Assembly (NCBI GenBank): GCA_964579725.1 | Contig: CAZOHG010000013.1 | Span: forward strand, 544 to 64,543 | Length of the DNA stretch: 64,000 nt | Direction: 5' to 3' | From: an uncultured Deferribacteres bacterium | Lineage (GTDB): Bacteria; Zhuqueibacterota; JdFR-76; BMS3Abin05 | Shown: one piece after another, positions 8,883 through 17,987 of the stretch | Layout of the letters: every line of letters starts with the position of its first letter | How positions within the stretch are numbered: the first letter of the stretch is position 1 | Translations under genes and position numbers: made by a program | Notes under the pieces: model-generated | Databases searched by the model: none | What the model saw: the letters and a program-made list of their open reading frames with translations, nothing else | Told to the model about the DNA's origin: nothing

Positions 8883-9901
8883 CTTTGTTGTGTGCGAATT
8901 GTCCTTTCGTGCGTCAAATGGTACAACAGGAAATCCATGATTAGGCGTTGGTTTTGGTAGTGCGATTTTAGGTTTTGATCGGCTGCTAAAAGATAGCGAA
9001 AATTGGCCACTATTTTTGCTTCGGAATAATTTTTTGCCTGCCGAAAATATTTTTCGATGAAATAGGGCGGTGTGTGCGTCTTGGCTGCAATCTCCTTTGC
9101 CGGGAGACCTTTCGCTTGAAGCATTTTAATCCGCAACAGCTTGGTAAAATAAGACGTTAACATGGTCACAATGTAGATGGGAGATTCCCCCAATTCTAAC
9201 ATTTGCCGCACAATGGCTACGGTGCGCATGAATTTCTTCTCACCAATGGAGTCCCAGACCTCAAAAATATTAAACGCTTTTGAAACACCCACCAAGCCCT
9301 CCACGGCTGTTTCGTCGATTTCGCTTTTTTCTTTGGTAAATTGGAGCAGCTTGTCGATTTCGTTGGAAATTTCCTGCAGTGAACGGCCCGAACGGGCTAA
9401 CAGCAATTGGGTGGCTCTGGGGGTAATGCGTTTGCCTCGGTTCTGGACTTCTTCCTGAATCCACTGGAAAAGCCGTCGCTCGGTTAAAGATTTGAACTGA
9501 ACGCCAACCGCGTGCTTTAGTAAATCCTTGTGAAATTTCTTCAAATCGCTGTGGTTGGACACTAAAATAAGCGTTGTCTGCGAGGCCGGGCGTGCTGCGT
9601 ACTTGAGCAAAAGGGTTTTTCCCTCGGCAGAAAGGCGATCAATGTTTTTTACAATGACCAGGCGTTTTTGGGCCATCATGGGGATGGCCGTGGCAATTTG
9701 AATAATCCGGTCGCCGGAAACGTCTTCGCCGTACAGCAAATCCAGATTAAAATCGCGAACATTTTCAGGAATGATTTTTTCGATTGCGTGATTAAGGGCT
9801 CGTTCAATCAGGAAATACTCGTCTCCGTAAAAAAAATAAACCCTTTTTAGTTTTCCGGATTTGAGTTCCTTTTCAAATGATTGCGGAGTTAACGCCGTCA
9901 T
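8879..9901 (-). CDS. holA: DNA polymerase III delta subunit
   Basis: 340 aa with HolA-like architecture (YFFYGDEYFLIERALNHAIEKI..., C-terminal helical domain). Confidence 0.65.
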   Translation of the reverse strand: MTALTPQSFEKELKSGKLKRVYFFYGDEYFLIERALNHAIEKIIPENVRDFNLDLLYGEDVSGDRIIQIATAIPMMAQKRLVIVKNIDRLSAEGKTLLLKYAARPASQTTLILVSNHSDLKKFHKDLLKHAVGVQFKSLTERRLFQWIQEEVQNRGKRITPRATQLLLARSGRSLQEISNEIDKLLQFTKEKSEIDETAVEGLVGVSKAFNIFEVWDSIGEKKFMRTVAIVRQMLELGESPIYIVTMLTSYFTKLLRIKMLQAKGLPAKEIAAKTHTPPYFIEKYFRQAKNYSEAKIVANFRYLLAADQNLKSHYQNQRLIMDFLLYHLTHERTIRTQQR

Positions 9902-10026
9902 TCCAATTCATTCCCATGATTTGTAAAAAACGCTGATTTTGCTCTAAATGCTTTGAAAATATACGCAAAAATTGACTAAGATTCAAGTGAACTTCCCCAA
10001 GCAAAACGGCGCTGAGGGCCAAACAA

Positions 10027-10158
10027 TTAAAGCCGACTTTTCGTTGCAGGGGTTTTCTTTTTCTTTTCCTTCCGAAGGGCCCAGTACAGCGAAAAAGCAA
10101 ATCCGCCCCAGACGCCGCCCAAAATCAAAATCATGAAAACAAGGGCCCCGGTTGTCAT
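10027..10158 (-). CDS. 43-aa single-TM peptide translationally coupled to the NSS transporter (MetS-like small subunit candidate)
   Basis: MTTGALVFMILILGGVWGGFAFSLYWALRKEKKKKTPATKSRL. Its ATG overlaps the transporter TGA (ATGA). One hydrophobic helix plus a lysine-rich tail. Confidence 0.45.
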   Translation of the reverse strand: MTTGALVFMILILGGVWGGFAFSLYWALRKEKKKKTPATKSRL

Positions 10159-11624
10159 GAAGGTTCCCTTTCCAAAATCCACTTGACAAACCATTTGTTT
10201 AAACCGATGAAAATTAGAATCACCACGCCCCATTGGAAGAAACAGGTGCCCAGACTGTATGTGTGAAAGGGATTCCACCAACCTCGTGTGTCGTAGGCAG
10301 AAACAGATTGGTAGAACCACCAGATGAGCATGCCGAAAAATTCAAGGGGAATCAAATACTTGACAACCCTGTCGAACCAGCGGCCTACACGAATGTCCGA
10401 TTGGGCTGTGTTTAGCAATTCGGTTCGGAAACGACGCACCCCAAAATGAATGGCGGCGATGGAAAAGAAAAATCCGCTGAGCAGCAGTCCGATTCCCCAG
10501 GCCCAATCCTGATTGTTGAAAAATCGCAGCGAAAGGGCTGAAGGAGCTCCGAGTAAAACAGTAACCACCCAAACGATCCGAATGGCAGCCCGGCGGGAAA
10601 GCCCCATGTCCATGAAATTCCGGGTTGCCATTTCAACCATGGAAATTAACGAAGAGAGGGTGGCAAAGGTAAGCGCCAGAAAAAAGAGCGCGGCAAAAAA
10701 GGCTCCGCCCGGCATTTTGTCAAAGAGACGAGGAATCCAAATAAAGGTGAGCCCGGTATTATCGGCGTGCATGGCTTCCAATGCCGAGCTGAGGGGAAGC
10801 AGGGCAAAAACGGTGGGAATAATGGCCAAGGCCGCAAACAATGAAGCCGAATTGTTGCCCAGGCCGGTGACAAAGGAGTTCAAAACAATGTCTTCGTTTT
10901 TCTTCAGGTACACCCCGTAGGTTAGAATCAGTCCCCACCCGGCTCCCGTGGACCAGGCCGATTGTGTAAGCGCTTGCAGCCAAACACGGTAGTCCAATAA
11001 TTTGTGAAGATTGGGATTAAATAGGTAATTGAGGCCGTTTACGGCACCAGGCAAGGTTACGGCACGCACGGAAGCGATCAAAATCAGGACGAAAAGGGAG
11101 GGAATAAGCATTTTGTTCCATCGTTCGATGCCGCGTGTCACGCCCTGTTGAATAATCCAGGCTGCGGCGCTAATAGCCAGTAGGTGAAACAGCAGCGGCC
11201 AAAAAGAGTGGGTAAAATGGCTCCAGTAGGCCGCGGGATCCGGCGCAATGGCGGTGTGAAAAAGCGAACGAAAAAAATAGTGCAGGCTCCAGCCGGTGAC
11301 CACGGAATAATAGAATAGAATGCCCATGGTGCAAAAACCGACAAAAGCCCCCATCCAGGCGTACTTTTTCCCGAGGAAATGACCAAATGCGCCGATCGTC
11401 CCCAAGTGAGTTTTTTGGCCCATGGCAAATTCCACCATAATAAGGGGAATGGACCAGAGGAAGAGAAAAATGATCCAAGGAATGAGAAAGGCACTACCGC
11501 CGTTTTGAGCCACCATTCGCGGAAAGCGCCAAATATTCCCGGCTCCGACAGCCATCCCCATGGCGGCCAAAATAAGTCCGAGGCGCGAAGAAAATTCCTC
11601 TCGTTTTGTAGTATCGGTTGGCAT
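10155..11624 (-). CDS. Neurotransmitter:sodium symporter (NSS/SNF) family transporter
   Basis: Signature AMGMAVGAGNIWRFP near the N-terminus; about 12 predicted TM helices. Confidence 0.85.
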   Translation of the reverse strand: MPTDTTKREEFSSRLGLILAAMGMAVGAGNIWRFPRMVAQNGGSAFLIPWIIFLFLWSIPLIMVEFAMGQKTHLGTIGAFGHFLGKKYAWMGAFVGFCTMGILFYYSVVTGWSLHYFFRSLFHTAIAPDPAAYWSHFTHSFWPLLFHLLAISAAAWIIQQGVTRGIERWNKMLIPSLFVLILIASVRAVTLPGAVNGLNYLFNPNLHKLLDYRVWLQALTQSAWSTGAGWGLILTYGVYLKKNEDIVLNSFVTGLGNNSASLFAALAIIPTVFALLPLSSALEAMHADNTGLTFIWIPRLFDKMPGGAFFAALFFLALTFATLSSLISMVEMATRNFMDMGLSRRAAIRIVWVVTVLLGAPSALSLRFFNNQDWAWGIGLLLSGFFFSIAAIHFGVRRFRTELLNTAQSDIRVGRWFDRVVKYLIPLEFFGMLIWWFYQSVSAYDTRGWWNPFHTYSLGTCFFQWGVVILIFIGLNKWFVKWILEREPS

Positions 11625-11874
11625 TGGGTTCCAGATTGGTTTTGGCGATCGTTGTGTTTCGTAATAATTGTAAAAAATAATCTTTTTCGGGAGAAAATCA
11701 AGTCATTTTCCGGGCAATGCCCAACAAATTTGTTGGAACTCTTCTCCAGAAAGGACAGAAAGATCGGAGAAAAAGTCCCGAAAAAAAGGGGAACGAAAAA
11801 AAACGACGCAAAAATGAGAAATCTCTTGACTTTTGGCTCGAATTTAAATAAATTTATTTCGCTTGTGAAAAATT

Positions 11875-11958
11875 GCCGAAGTGGCGGAACTGGTAGACGC
11901 GCTACGTTCAGGGCGTAGTGTCCGCACGGGCGTGGGGGTTCGAATCCCCCCTTCGGCA
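11875..11958 (+). tRNA. tRNA-Leu (anticodon CAG)
   Basis: GCCGAAG acceptor stem pairing with CTTCGGC; anticodon stem CTACG/CGTAG with loop TTCAGGG; long type-II variable arm; GGGGG-TTCGAAT-CCCCC T-arm; discriminator A. TTGACT-17-TAAATT promoter about 35 nt upstream. Confidence 0.9.
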
Positions 11959-12155
11959 CTTTTTTCCTCTTCCGACTTTCTGGCCGAAAATTTTCCACCA
12001 AAAGGAATAAATGACCCCAAACTGGGAAAAATTTGCCCAGTTTCTGCCTCCCCGTGTGGTATTTTGCCCCGCCCCGCCGCTACCACTAACTGTAATCACT
12101 TGTTTTTCCGAAAAATGAGCGAAAAAAAATACCCTCTTTGTTCCGAAAATGATTT

Positions 12156-12171
12156 TGGCACAAGACTTGCA
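12156..12171 (+). promoter_or_regulatory. Sigma-54 (-24/-12) promoter
   Basis: TGGCAC-aagac-TTGCA is an exact match to the TGGCAC-N5-TTGCW consensus, about 37 nt upstream of the receiver-gene ATG. Confidence 0.7.
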
Positions 12172-12207
12172 ATTGGGAGTTGTGTCTACCTGAAATTCGG
12201 AGCAAAA

Positions 12208-12675
12208 ATGAACAATATTTTGATTATTGACGATGAAGAAGACATCTTGGAGGTGCTCTCGGATGTCATTAAAGGCTGGGGCCATTTACCCATTGTGGCT
12301 CGGGACGGAAAGGACGGTCTGGAAAAATTTCAGAAAGTTCCGGTGGATTTGATCCTCAGCGACATTAAAATGCCCAATTTAGACGGGATCAGCCTGCTGG
12401 AACGCGTGCGCCGAAGCGACCGCAATATTCCGGTCATTTTGCTCACGGGCTACCCCTCGGTGGATTCGGCCGTCAGTGCCATGAAGGAAGGTGCCTTCGA
12501 TTACATTACCAAACCCGTGAATCTGGACGAACTGAAGATCAAAATCGAACGGGGGCTGGAGCGAGCCCGGTTGAAACAATCCATGAATTTTCTCAAAGGA
12601 GTCAACTGGTCTCTGCTAATTTCGATTCCCATTTGGTTGATTTTGGGCATTATTTTAGCCAAATTGCTGCACTAA
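12208..12675 (+). CDS. Single-domain response-regulator receiver (CheY-like) with a C-terminal transmembrane tail
   Basis: IIDDEEDILEVL...DLILSDIKMPNLDGISLLERVR...PVILLTGY...KEGAFDYITKP receiver motifs. Ends in the hydrophobic WSLLISIPIWLILGIILAKLLH. There is no output domain. Confidence 0.75.
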   Translation: MNNILIIDDEEDILEVLSDVIKGWGHLPIVARDGKDGLEKFQKVPVDLILSDIKMPNLDGISLLERVRRSDRNIPVILLTGYPSVDSAVSAMKEGAFDYITKPVNLDELKIKIERGLERARLKQSMNFLKGVNWSLLISIPIWLILGIILAKLLH

Positions 12676-12680
12676 TTTTA

Positions 12681-12753
12681 GGGTCTCCCGCAGATTGTAA
12701 AGATTTGCCACTTGCCTCCTCCTCAGGGTCTGCGGGAGACTTTACTTTTCGTT
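12681..12753 (+). terminator. Long-loop hairpin / terminator between convergent genes
   Basis: 12-bp perfect stem GTCTCCCGCAGA / TCTGCGGGAGAC with a ~34-nt loop, followed by TTTACTTTTCG. Confidence 0.4.
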
Positions 12754-12830
12754 ACGTTGCCACGTTCCACCAATTCCGAATCGTTTGTTCCACGCAAAAG
12801 CCGATTTGAAATCTTCTACGGAGTGCCTTC

Positions 12831-13838
12831 CTACGGAATTTCCAGCACCCCTGCTCCGTTGATTTTACTTTCTTTGACCAAACGCAACGCCGTGTTGGCC
12901 TCTGAAAGCGGGAAGACCTGAATTTCGGTGTGAAGAGGAATTTCGGCCGCCAGACGAAGGAGTTCCTCCGCGTCCTGGCGTGTGGCGTTGGCCACACTAC
13001 GAACGGTTCGTTCGTGGTAGAGAAGAGTGTTGTAATCGATTTGTGGAATGGGGGTCATGTAGATTCCTGCCAGAGCCAGAGTCCCGCCTTTGTCCAAAAC
13101 ACGAAGGGCCTCCGGAACCAATTCGCCTGCCGGCGCAAAAATAATGGAACTGTCCATTTTGACAGGCGGGGTGTCTTCGGCGCGGCCTGCCCACCTGGCG
13201 CCTAATTGACGAGCCAATGCCTGGTGTTGTTTGCTGCGGGTGAACACGTACACGTTGCAGCCCCAATGAATGGCAATTTGAATAATGACGTGAGCCGTTG
13301 CACCGAATCCGTACATGCCAAAGTTTTGCCCCGGTTTCAGTTCGCTGAGCTTGAGGGCACGGTAGCCCACCACCCCTGCGCAGAGAAGCGGAGCTGCTTG
13401 AAAATCCGGAAATCCTTCGGGTAAAAAGTAGGCAAAATCTTCGTGAATGATGTGGTACTGTGCGTAGCCGCCGTCCACGTGGTAGCCGGTAAATTGGGCG
13501 TTTTCACACAGATTTTCTTTGCCTTCTTTGCAATATTTACATTTGCCGCAGGTAGAATACAGCCAGGGGACCCCAACCCTGTCTCCGAGCTTGAAGCGGG
13601 TTGCGCCAGGTCCGCGCTTGTCAACCTGACCCACAATTTGGTGTCCGGGAATCAGCGGCAATTTGGGCAATGGAAGCTCGCCTTCCACCTCGTGCAGATC
13701 GGTGTGGCAAACACCGCACGCCTTGACGCGAATTCGGATTTCTCCCGGCCCCGGCTCGGGGTCAGGCAAATCAACATATTTTAGGGGATTGGTTTCAATG
13801 GGAGCCGGTGCTGAAAATTGCATTGCCTTCATGGTCAC
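12831..13838 (-). CDS. Zinc-dependent alcohol dehydrogenase (MDR family)
   Basis: CGVCHTDLH catalytic-Zn motif, GHQIVGQV, and the structural-Zn motif CGKCKYCKEGKENLC. Confidence 0.85.
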   Translation of the reverse strand: MTMKAMQFSAPAPIETNPLKYVDLPDPEPGPGEIRIRVKACGVCHTDLHEVEGELPLPKLPLIPGHQIVGQVDKRGPGATRFKLGDRVGVPWLYSTCGKCKYCKEGKENLCENAQFTGYHVDGGYAQYHIIHEDFAYFLPEGFPDFQAAPLLCAGVVGYRALKLSELKPGQNFGMYGFGATAHVIIQIAIHWGCNVYVFTRSKQHQALARQLGARWAGRAEDTPPVKMDSSIIFAPAGELVPEALRVLDKGGTLALAGIYMTPIPQIDYNTLLYHERTVRSVANATRQDAEELLRLAAEIPLHTEIQVFPLSEANTALRLVKESKINGAGVLEIP

Positions 13839-14033
13839 CCTCCATTATTTTCAGGAAAATAATTTTTGCGGGTCTTTTTGACTTCGGTAAAATTTACCCC
13901 GTCAAAATCAAATTTTCAACCGCAAGTGCAGCTTTGGCTTGAAACGGCAAAAAATTTGGCCCCGCGGCTCCCTGAAAATCGAGTAAAATCCCCTCAAAAA
14001 GCCCTGAGAAAAAGATTTCAGGCTGTTTTGGGT

Positions 14034-15257
14034 TCAATACAACAAATGTTGTTTCCGAAGCTTTAGGAATTCCAAAAGCCGTGGTTCGTCTGCTTTTAAA
14101 ATTTTGTCGGCTGTCCAGCCTGCGAGAATTTCCTTTCGAATCTTGTCCGTTCCCATGGCCCGATCAAAACTGTCCGTCCGCTTCGTGTCAAAAATTCCGG
14201 CGTGGGGGTAAAGTTTGTACAGAGTCGTTAAAATGGTCAATTGCGTCAACATAGGAAGAAAACGCCGGTAGTTTAGAATATGGATTTGGACACCGCTACA
14301 GGTTTGTCCCTTAAAATGGGCGTAATATTGGTGAAAGGTAAGTGGGCGGAAAAAGACACCGGGCAAGTTGGCCGCATTGAGAGCCTGAGCCAACGTGTCG
14401 GCGGAAATCCAGGGAGCGCCGGTAAGCTCAAACGGATTGGGTGTTCCCACCCCCTCGCTGAGTGTCCCTAATTCACCAAATCCGCCTGTGGTAGCCACGA
14501 AAAAGGGGGTGTCCCAGCGGGGAACGTGGGGTGAGGTGGGAACCCACAAAAGACCGGTGTCGGCGAAAAGCATGGTGCGTTTCCAGCCGTCCATTTTGAC
14601 AACCGTTAGATCGGCACCAATGCCGAACTCCGTGTTGAAAAGTTTCGCCAGCTCGCCAATGGTCATTCCGTGCACGTAGGGAATCGGGAAAATGCCAATG
14701 AACGATTTGAATTTTTTCTCCAATACAGGCCCTTCCACCAGAAGTCCCCCCATTGGATTGGGGCGGTCTAATACCAGAAACGGAATGCCTTTTTGAGCGG
14801 CTGCCTCCATGGAGAGCGCCAGAGTCGAAATGTAGGTGTAGGGGCGAATACCGATGTCCTGAATATCGAAAACGAGGACGTCCAGTGAGTCCAGCATTTG
14901 AGGCGTAGGTTTGCGATGTTTACCGTAAAGGCTGTACACGGGGAGCCCCGTTCGGGCGTCCGTGTAAGAGCCCACTTTGGCGCCTGCCGGCTGGGCCCCA
15001 CGAACGCCATGTTCCGGGCCAAAAAGCGCTCGCAAATCCACTCCGGGAGCTCGGTAGAGAGCCTCAATGTCCGATTCCAAATCGGAGGTTAAAGCTGTGG
15101 CATTGGTAATGAGCCCCACGCGTTTTCCCTGGATCAGGTCGAGACGTTTTTCCAACAACACGTCAATGCCGGGTTTGACCACAGGGTGAAACGGCCCCGC
15201 AGCGGCTGAAATTAGAACGCTGAGTCCAATGAAGGACCCCAAGAGATAATCGAACAT
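14034..15257 (-). CDS. DUF1343 family protein (NamZ-like exo-beta-N-acetylmuramidase)
   Basis: Full-length DUF1343 architecture with a signal peptide. Start set at MFDYLL, preceded by AAGGAG. Confidence 0.6.
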   Translation of the reverse strand: MFDYLLGSFIGLSVLISAAAGPFHPVVKPGIDVLLEKRLDLIQGKRVGLITNATALTSDLESDIEALYRAPGVDLRALFGPEHGVRGAQPAGAKVGSYTDARTGLPVYSLYGKHRKPTPQMLDSLDVLVFDIQDIGIRPYTYISTLALSMEAAAQKGIPFLVLDRPNPMGGLLVEGPVLEKKFKSFIGIFPIPYVHGMTIGELAKLFNTEFGIGADLTVVKMDGWKRTMLFADTGLLWVPTSPHVPRWDTPFFVATTGGFGELGTLSEGVGTPNPFELTGAPWISADTLAQALNAANLPGVFFRPLTFHQYYAHFKGQTCSGVQIHILNYRRFLPMLTQLTILTTLYKLYPHAGIFDTKRTDSFDRAMGTDKIRKEILAGWTADKILKADEPRLLEFLKLRKQHLLY

Positions 15258-15307
15258 GAAAAACTCCTTTTGTGTCGCACGTTTTTTTTCAGATATTGGG
15301 TCAAAAC

Positions 15308-16213
15308 CTAAGGTGCCAGTTTTTTCTCGTACTGCCAAAAAATGCGCGAAACGTGCGCATTGGCGTAGTGGAGGTAAAAAGCAATGGGGCCGATCCACGG
15401 AATGATCGAAACGGGTTGTCCTTGTGCTTTCATGTCAGCCAGACAGCGCCGGAGCAGCACGCCTCCTATGCCCTTGCCGCGGCAAATGGGGTCGGTGCCA
15501 ATGGGGCCGAACCACCCGGTACCTTTGTTGTTAGCGTCGTAGGCGGAAAAAGCCACAATATCGCTGCCGTGAAAGGCCAGGTGAAGACTAATGGGGTCGT
15601 TTTTAAAGGTCGAAAGGATTTCCCCGACCCACGCCGGGAAACTTTTTTCCGCCCAGGCAACCACTGCAGCTTTGTCACTCGCCGTAGCGCGGCGCACGAA
15701 GAAATTCTCCGCACGCAGGGCTTCTTCTTTCTCCTGAGTTGGGAAATCCTGATGAAGCAAATCCACCTCCATATTTTCAGTTTCGTCAAAACGGGTGTAG
15801 CCTCGTTTTTCGGCCATGACGACCGCCTCGGTGTAACGCGGATCAATGCCCGGTTGAAAATAATTAACGTACGAACTTAAAAGCTGAATGCGCCCGACGC
15901 CGGCTTTCTTCATTTCCCCCTCCAGCCGATCAAATAGTTGCGTCGCAATACCTTGGCGCCGGTAATTCGGGTGGACGCCGTACAACTTGGCCCAACCAAT
16001 TAATTCCCCGTCGTCTGTCCGCACGACGCCTTCCACAAAGCCGATGATTTTTCCCTGCTCTTCCACCACCCAGGTCATGTCAGGGCGAAAGGCATCGTCC
16101 CCGAAAGTTTTTTCTTGCAGTAGCTTCGGCGTCATGTGGTCGTACGTCAAAATTGAATCGAGAAATTCGGCGACCGAGTTGAGGTCCTTCGCTTCAAATG
16201 GGCGAATCGTCAT
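15308..16213 (-). CDS. Tandem-GNAT N-acetyltransferase
   Basis: Two GNAT cores, each with an R/Q-x-x-G-x-G/A motif (YRRQGIATQLF and CRGKGIGGVLL). Start set at MTIRPFEAKD, preceded by AGGAGG. Confidence 0.7.
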   Translation of the reverse strand: MTIRPFEAKDLNSVAEFLDSILTYDHMTPKLLQEKTFGDDAFRPDMTWVVEEQGKIIGFVEGVVRTDDGELIGWAKLYGVHPNYRRQGIATQLFDRLEGEMKKAGVGRIQLLSSYVNYFQPGIDPRYTEAVVMAEKRGYTRFDETENMEVDLLHQDFPTQEKEEALRAENFFVRRATASDKAAVVAWAEKSFPAWVGEILSTFKNDPISLHLAFHGSDIVAFSAYDANNKGTGWFGPIGTDPICRGKGIGGVLLRRCLADMKAQGQPVSIIPWIGPIAFYLHYANAHVSRIFWQYEKKLAP

Positions 16214-16399
16214 GGTTCCTCCTGAATTTTTTTTGGAAAGATTGTCAATTCTACAAAAGTGTTTTTTTCCCTGACCCAAAATGGCCGCGGTTCGGAAATT
16301 TGTTCGTTTTTCAAGTCCGGGATTTCCGGTTCTCCCGGAAATCTCCCTCTTCTTTTAAAAGGACGTGAAACAGGGAAAATGAAATCCCGTCTTTTTGTC

Positions 16400-17230
16400 T
16401 CAATTGTCGACCCACCCTTTGGCGAGAATTTTCTCTCGCGGAAAAATTTTGGGGTTGGCGTAACAGTACAGGCAGCCGTAGGGACAAGCGTAGTACCAGC
16501 CGATGTCCCAACTGGCGGTGCACCCGCACAACGGACGTTGGCCCTCCGCCTTTTTGGTGGACGCGGGCTCGCCGGTCGGGTGTAAAAGGGTCAATTTTTG
16601 GCCGTCAATGCACCGCGCCTGCGGGAATCCTTTCGTGCAGCAATAGTGCACCCGAGCGCCGAAAGCGTGCGCCAAACTTTCCAACCGCCTGGCCTGCTCT
16701 TTTTTTTGGCTCAAGGGGATTTCCACAGCGGTGAACCCGTACATGGCCAGGTGCCGCGTCACCTTGGGGTAGAGAGAAAACCAGCTTACCGTAACATCTC
16801 GAATTCCCAGCGGCAGAATTTTTTCGGCAAGACGCGGGAAAAAGTCGATATTTGTGAGCAAGCGTCCCTCACTGTCCCGTACGTGGACGATGGGATCGAA
16901 TCGCCAATTAACCCGAAGCGGATTGCCCACAAACTCAAGAATTTCGGGAAGTCGTTCCACCAGGGAACGCCAGCGAGGAACGTACGGTTCCAACGCGGAG
17001 CCGCCCATCCCCGTAATGGTGTAATGAATGTAAATCTGGTCGTAGCGAGCGAGGGTTTCCCGTACGCGCCGATTATTGAGCAGAACCGTCGCATTTTTTG
17101 TCCAGAGAACAAGGGTGTGCACTTTCTCCGGCGGAAGTCGCTTTTCCAAAAAATCGACTAATTTTTTCGGGAAACAGGCCAAAAGCTCCACTCGCCGGCT
17201 GGCCGAAATCACCTTTTTCACATTCTGCAC
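16400..17230 (-). CDS. DUF1848 family protein with C-terminal Cys cluster
   Basis: C-terminal CGCTASWDIGWYYACPYGCLYCYAN Cys-rich motif characteristic of DUF1848 (putative Fe-S). Confidence 0.5.
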   Translation of the reverse strand: MQNVKKVISASRRVELLACFPKKLVDFLEKRLPPEKVHTLVLWTKNATVLLNNRRVRETLARYDQIYIHYTITGMGGSALEPYVPRWRSLVERLPEILEFVGNPLRVNWRFDPIVHVRDSEGRLLTNIDFFPRLAEKILPLGIRDVTVSWFSLYPKVTRHLAMYGFTAVEIPLSQKKEQARRLESLAHAFGARVHYCCTKGFPQARCIDGQKLTLLHPTGEPASTKKAEGQRPLCGCTASWDIGWYYACPYGCLYCYANPKIFPREKILAKGWVDN

Positions 17231-17987
17231 CCATTATTTTGTCCCAAAATGTCATTTTCAACCCGTGCCCCCCGTGAACGGGCAGTCTGGATTTCAACCT
17301 GTACGGAAGACAAAGACTTTCAGAAACCAATCGTCCCTCCTTCGAGAGGGGCAAGGGGACGTTTTCCCTGGTTTGCCTTTTGTTTAAAAAATTGAATTTT
17401 GGAAAGAATCCCAAAATAATCCCCCGTGTTTTTATTTCACCCCTACAGGGTGTTTTTTTGTCTTAGGCCCCCTTTTTCCTGTGCGTTGCCCTGGGCTTGT
17501 GTATTTCGCCCCTTCGGGACGGAAATTTCTGTCGGTAAGTTTTTTTCGTTCTTGCTTTTAATTTTTCTTAAGACAATCCCATATTTGTAGCCACGAGCTC
17601 CGATCGCGATTTTAATTCTCTCAAAAAGATTCCGTACCAAACATCCCGCGTCCCGAAGAGACGCATGATTTTTATTTTACCGTACCCGAATAATCTTTTC
17701 TAAATTTAGGTGTTGGAGCAAACATTTGCAAGCCTGAAATGAAAGAAGTACGAAATATTTTGCTTCGATTACCCCCTGGCCACTAAATTCCAGGCTTGGA
17801 GATTTTTCCGTTGGATTGAATCGGTGGATTGGTCTCTGGCAAGTTCCTTTGCCTTTTTGCTTGCTTTTTCCCTTCATTTTTTGTAAACTTCAAAAAATAC
17901 GGCTTTCCTTGTCCAAAAGGGTACACCTGAATCTTTGGCGGGGCAATAGGGAAAGCCCTTTGGGCAACGGCGGAAAACGGAGGCGGC

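Noticed and set aside
11138-12001. 287-aa minus-strand ORF spanning the transporter start and the tRNA-Leu
   Set aside because: Overlaps the tRNA gene and the real NSS N-terminus in another frame. Pro/Phe-rich translation with no motif.
11881-12207. N-terminal extension of the receiver ORF starting at a GTG inside the tRNA
   Set aside because: The extension reads through the tRNA and the sigma-54 promoter. The true start is the ATG at 12208, which begins the canonical receiver fold.
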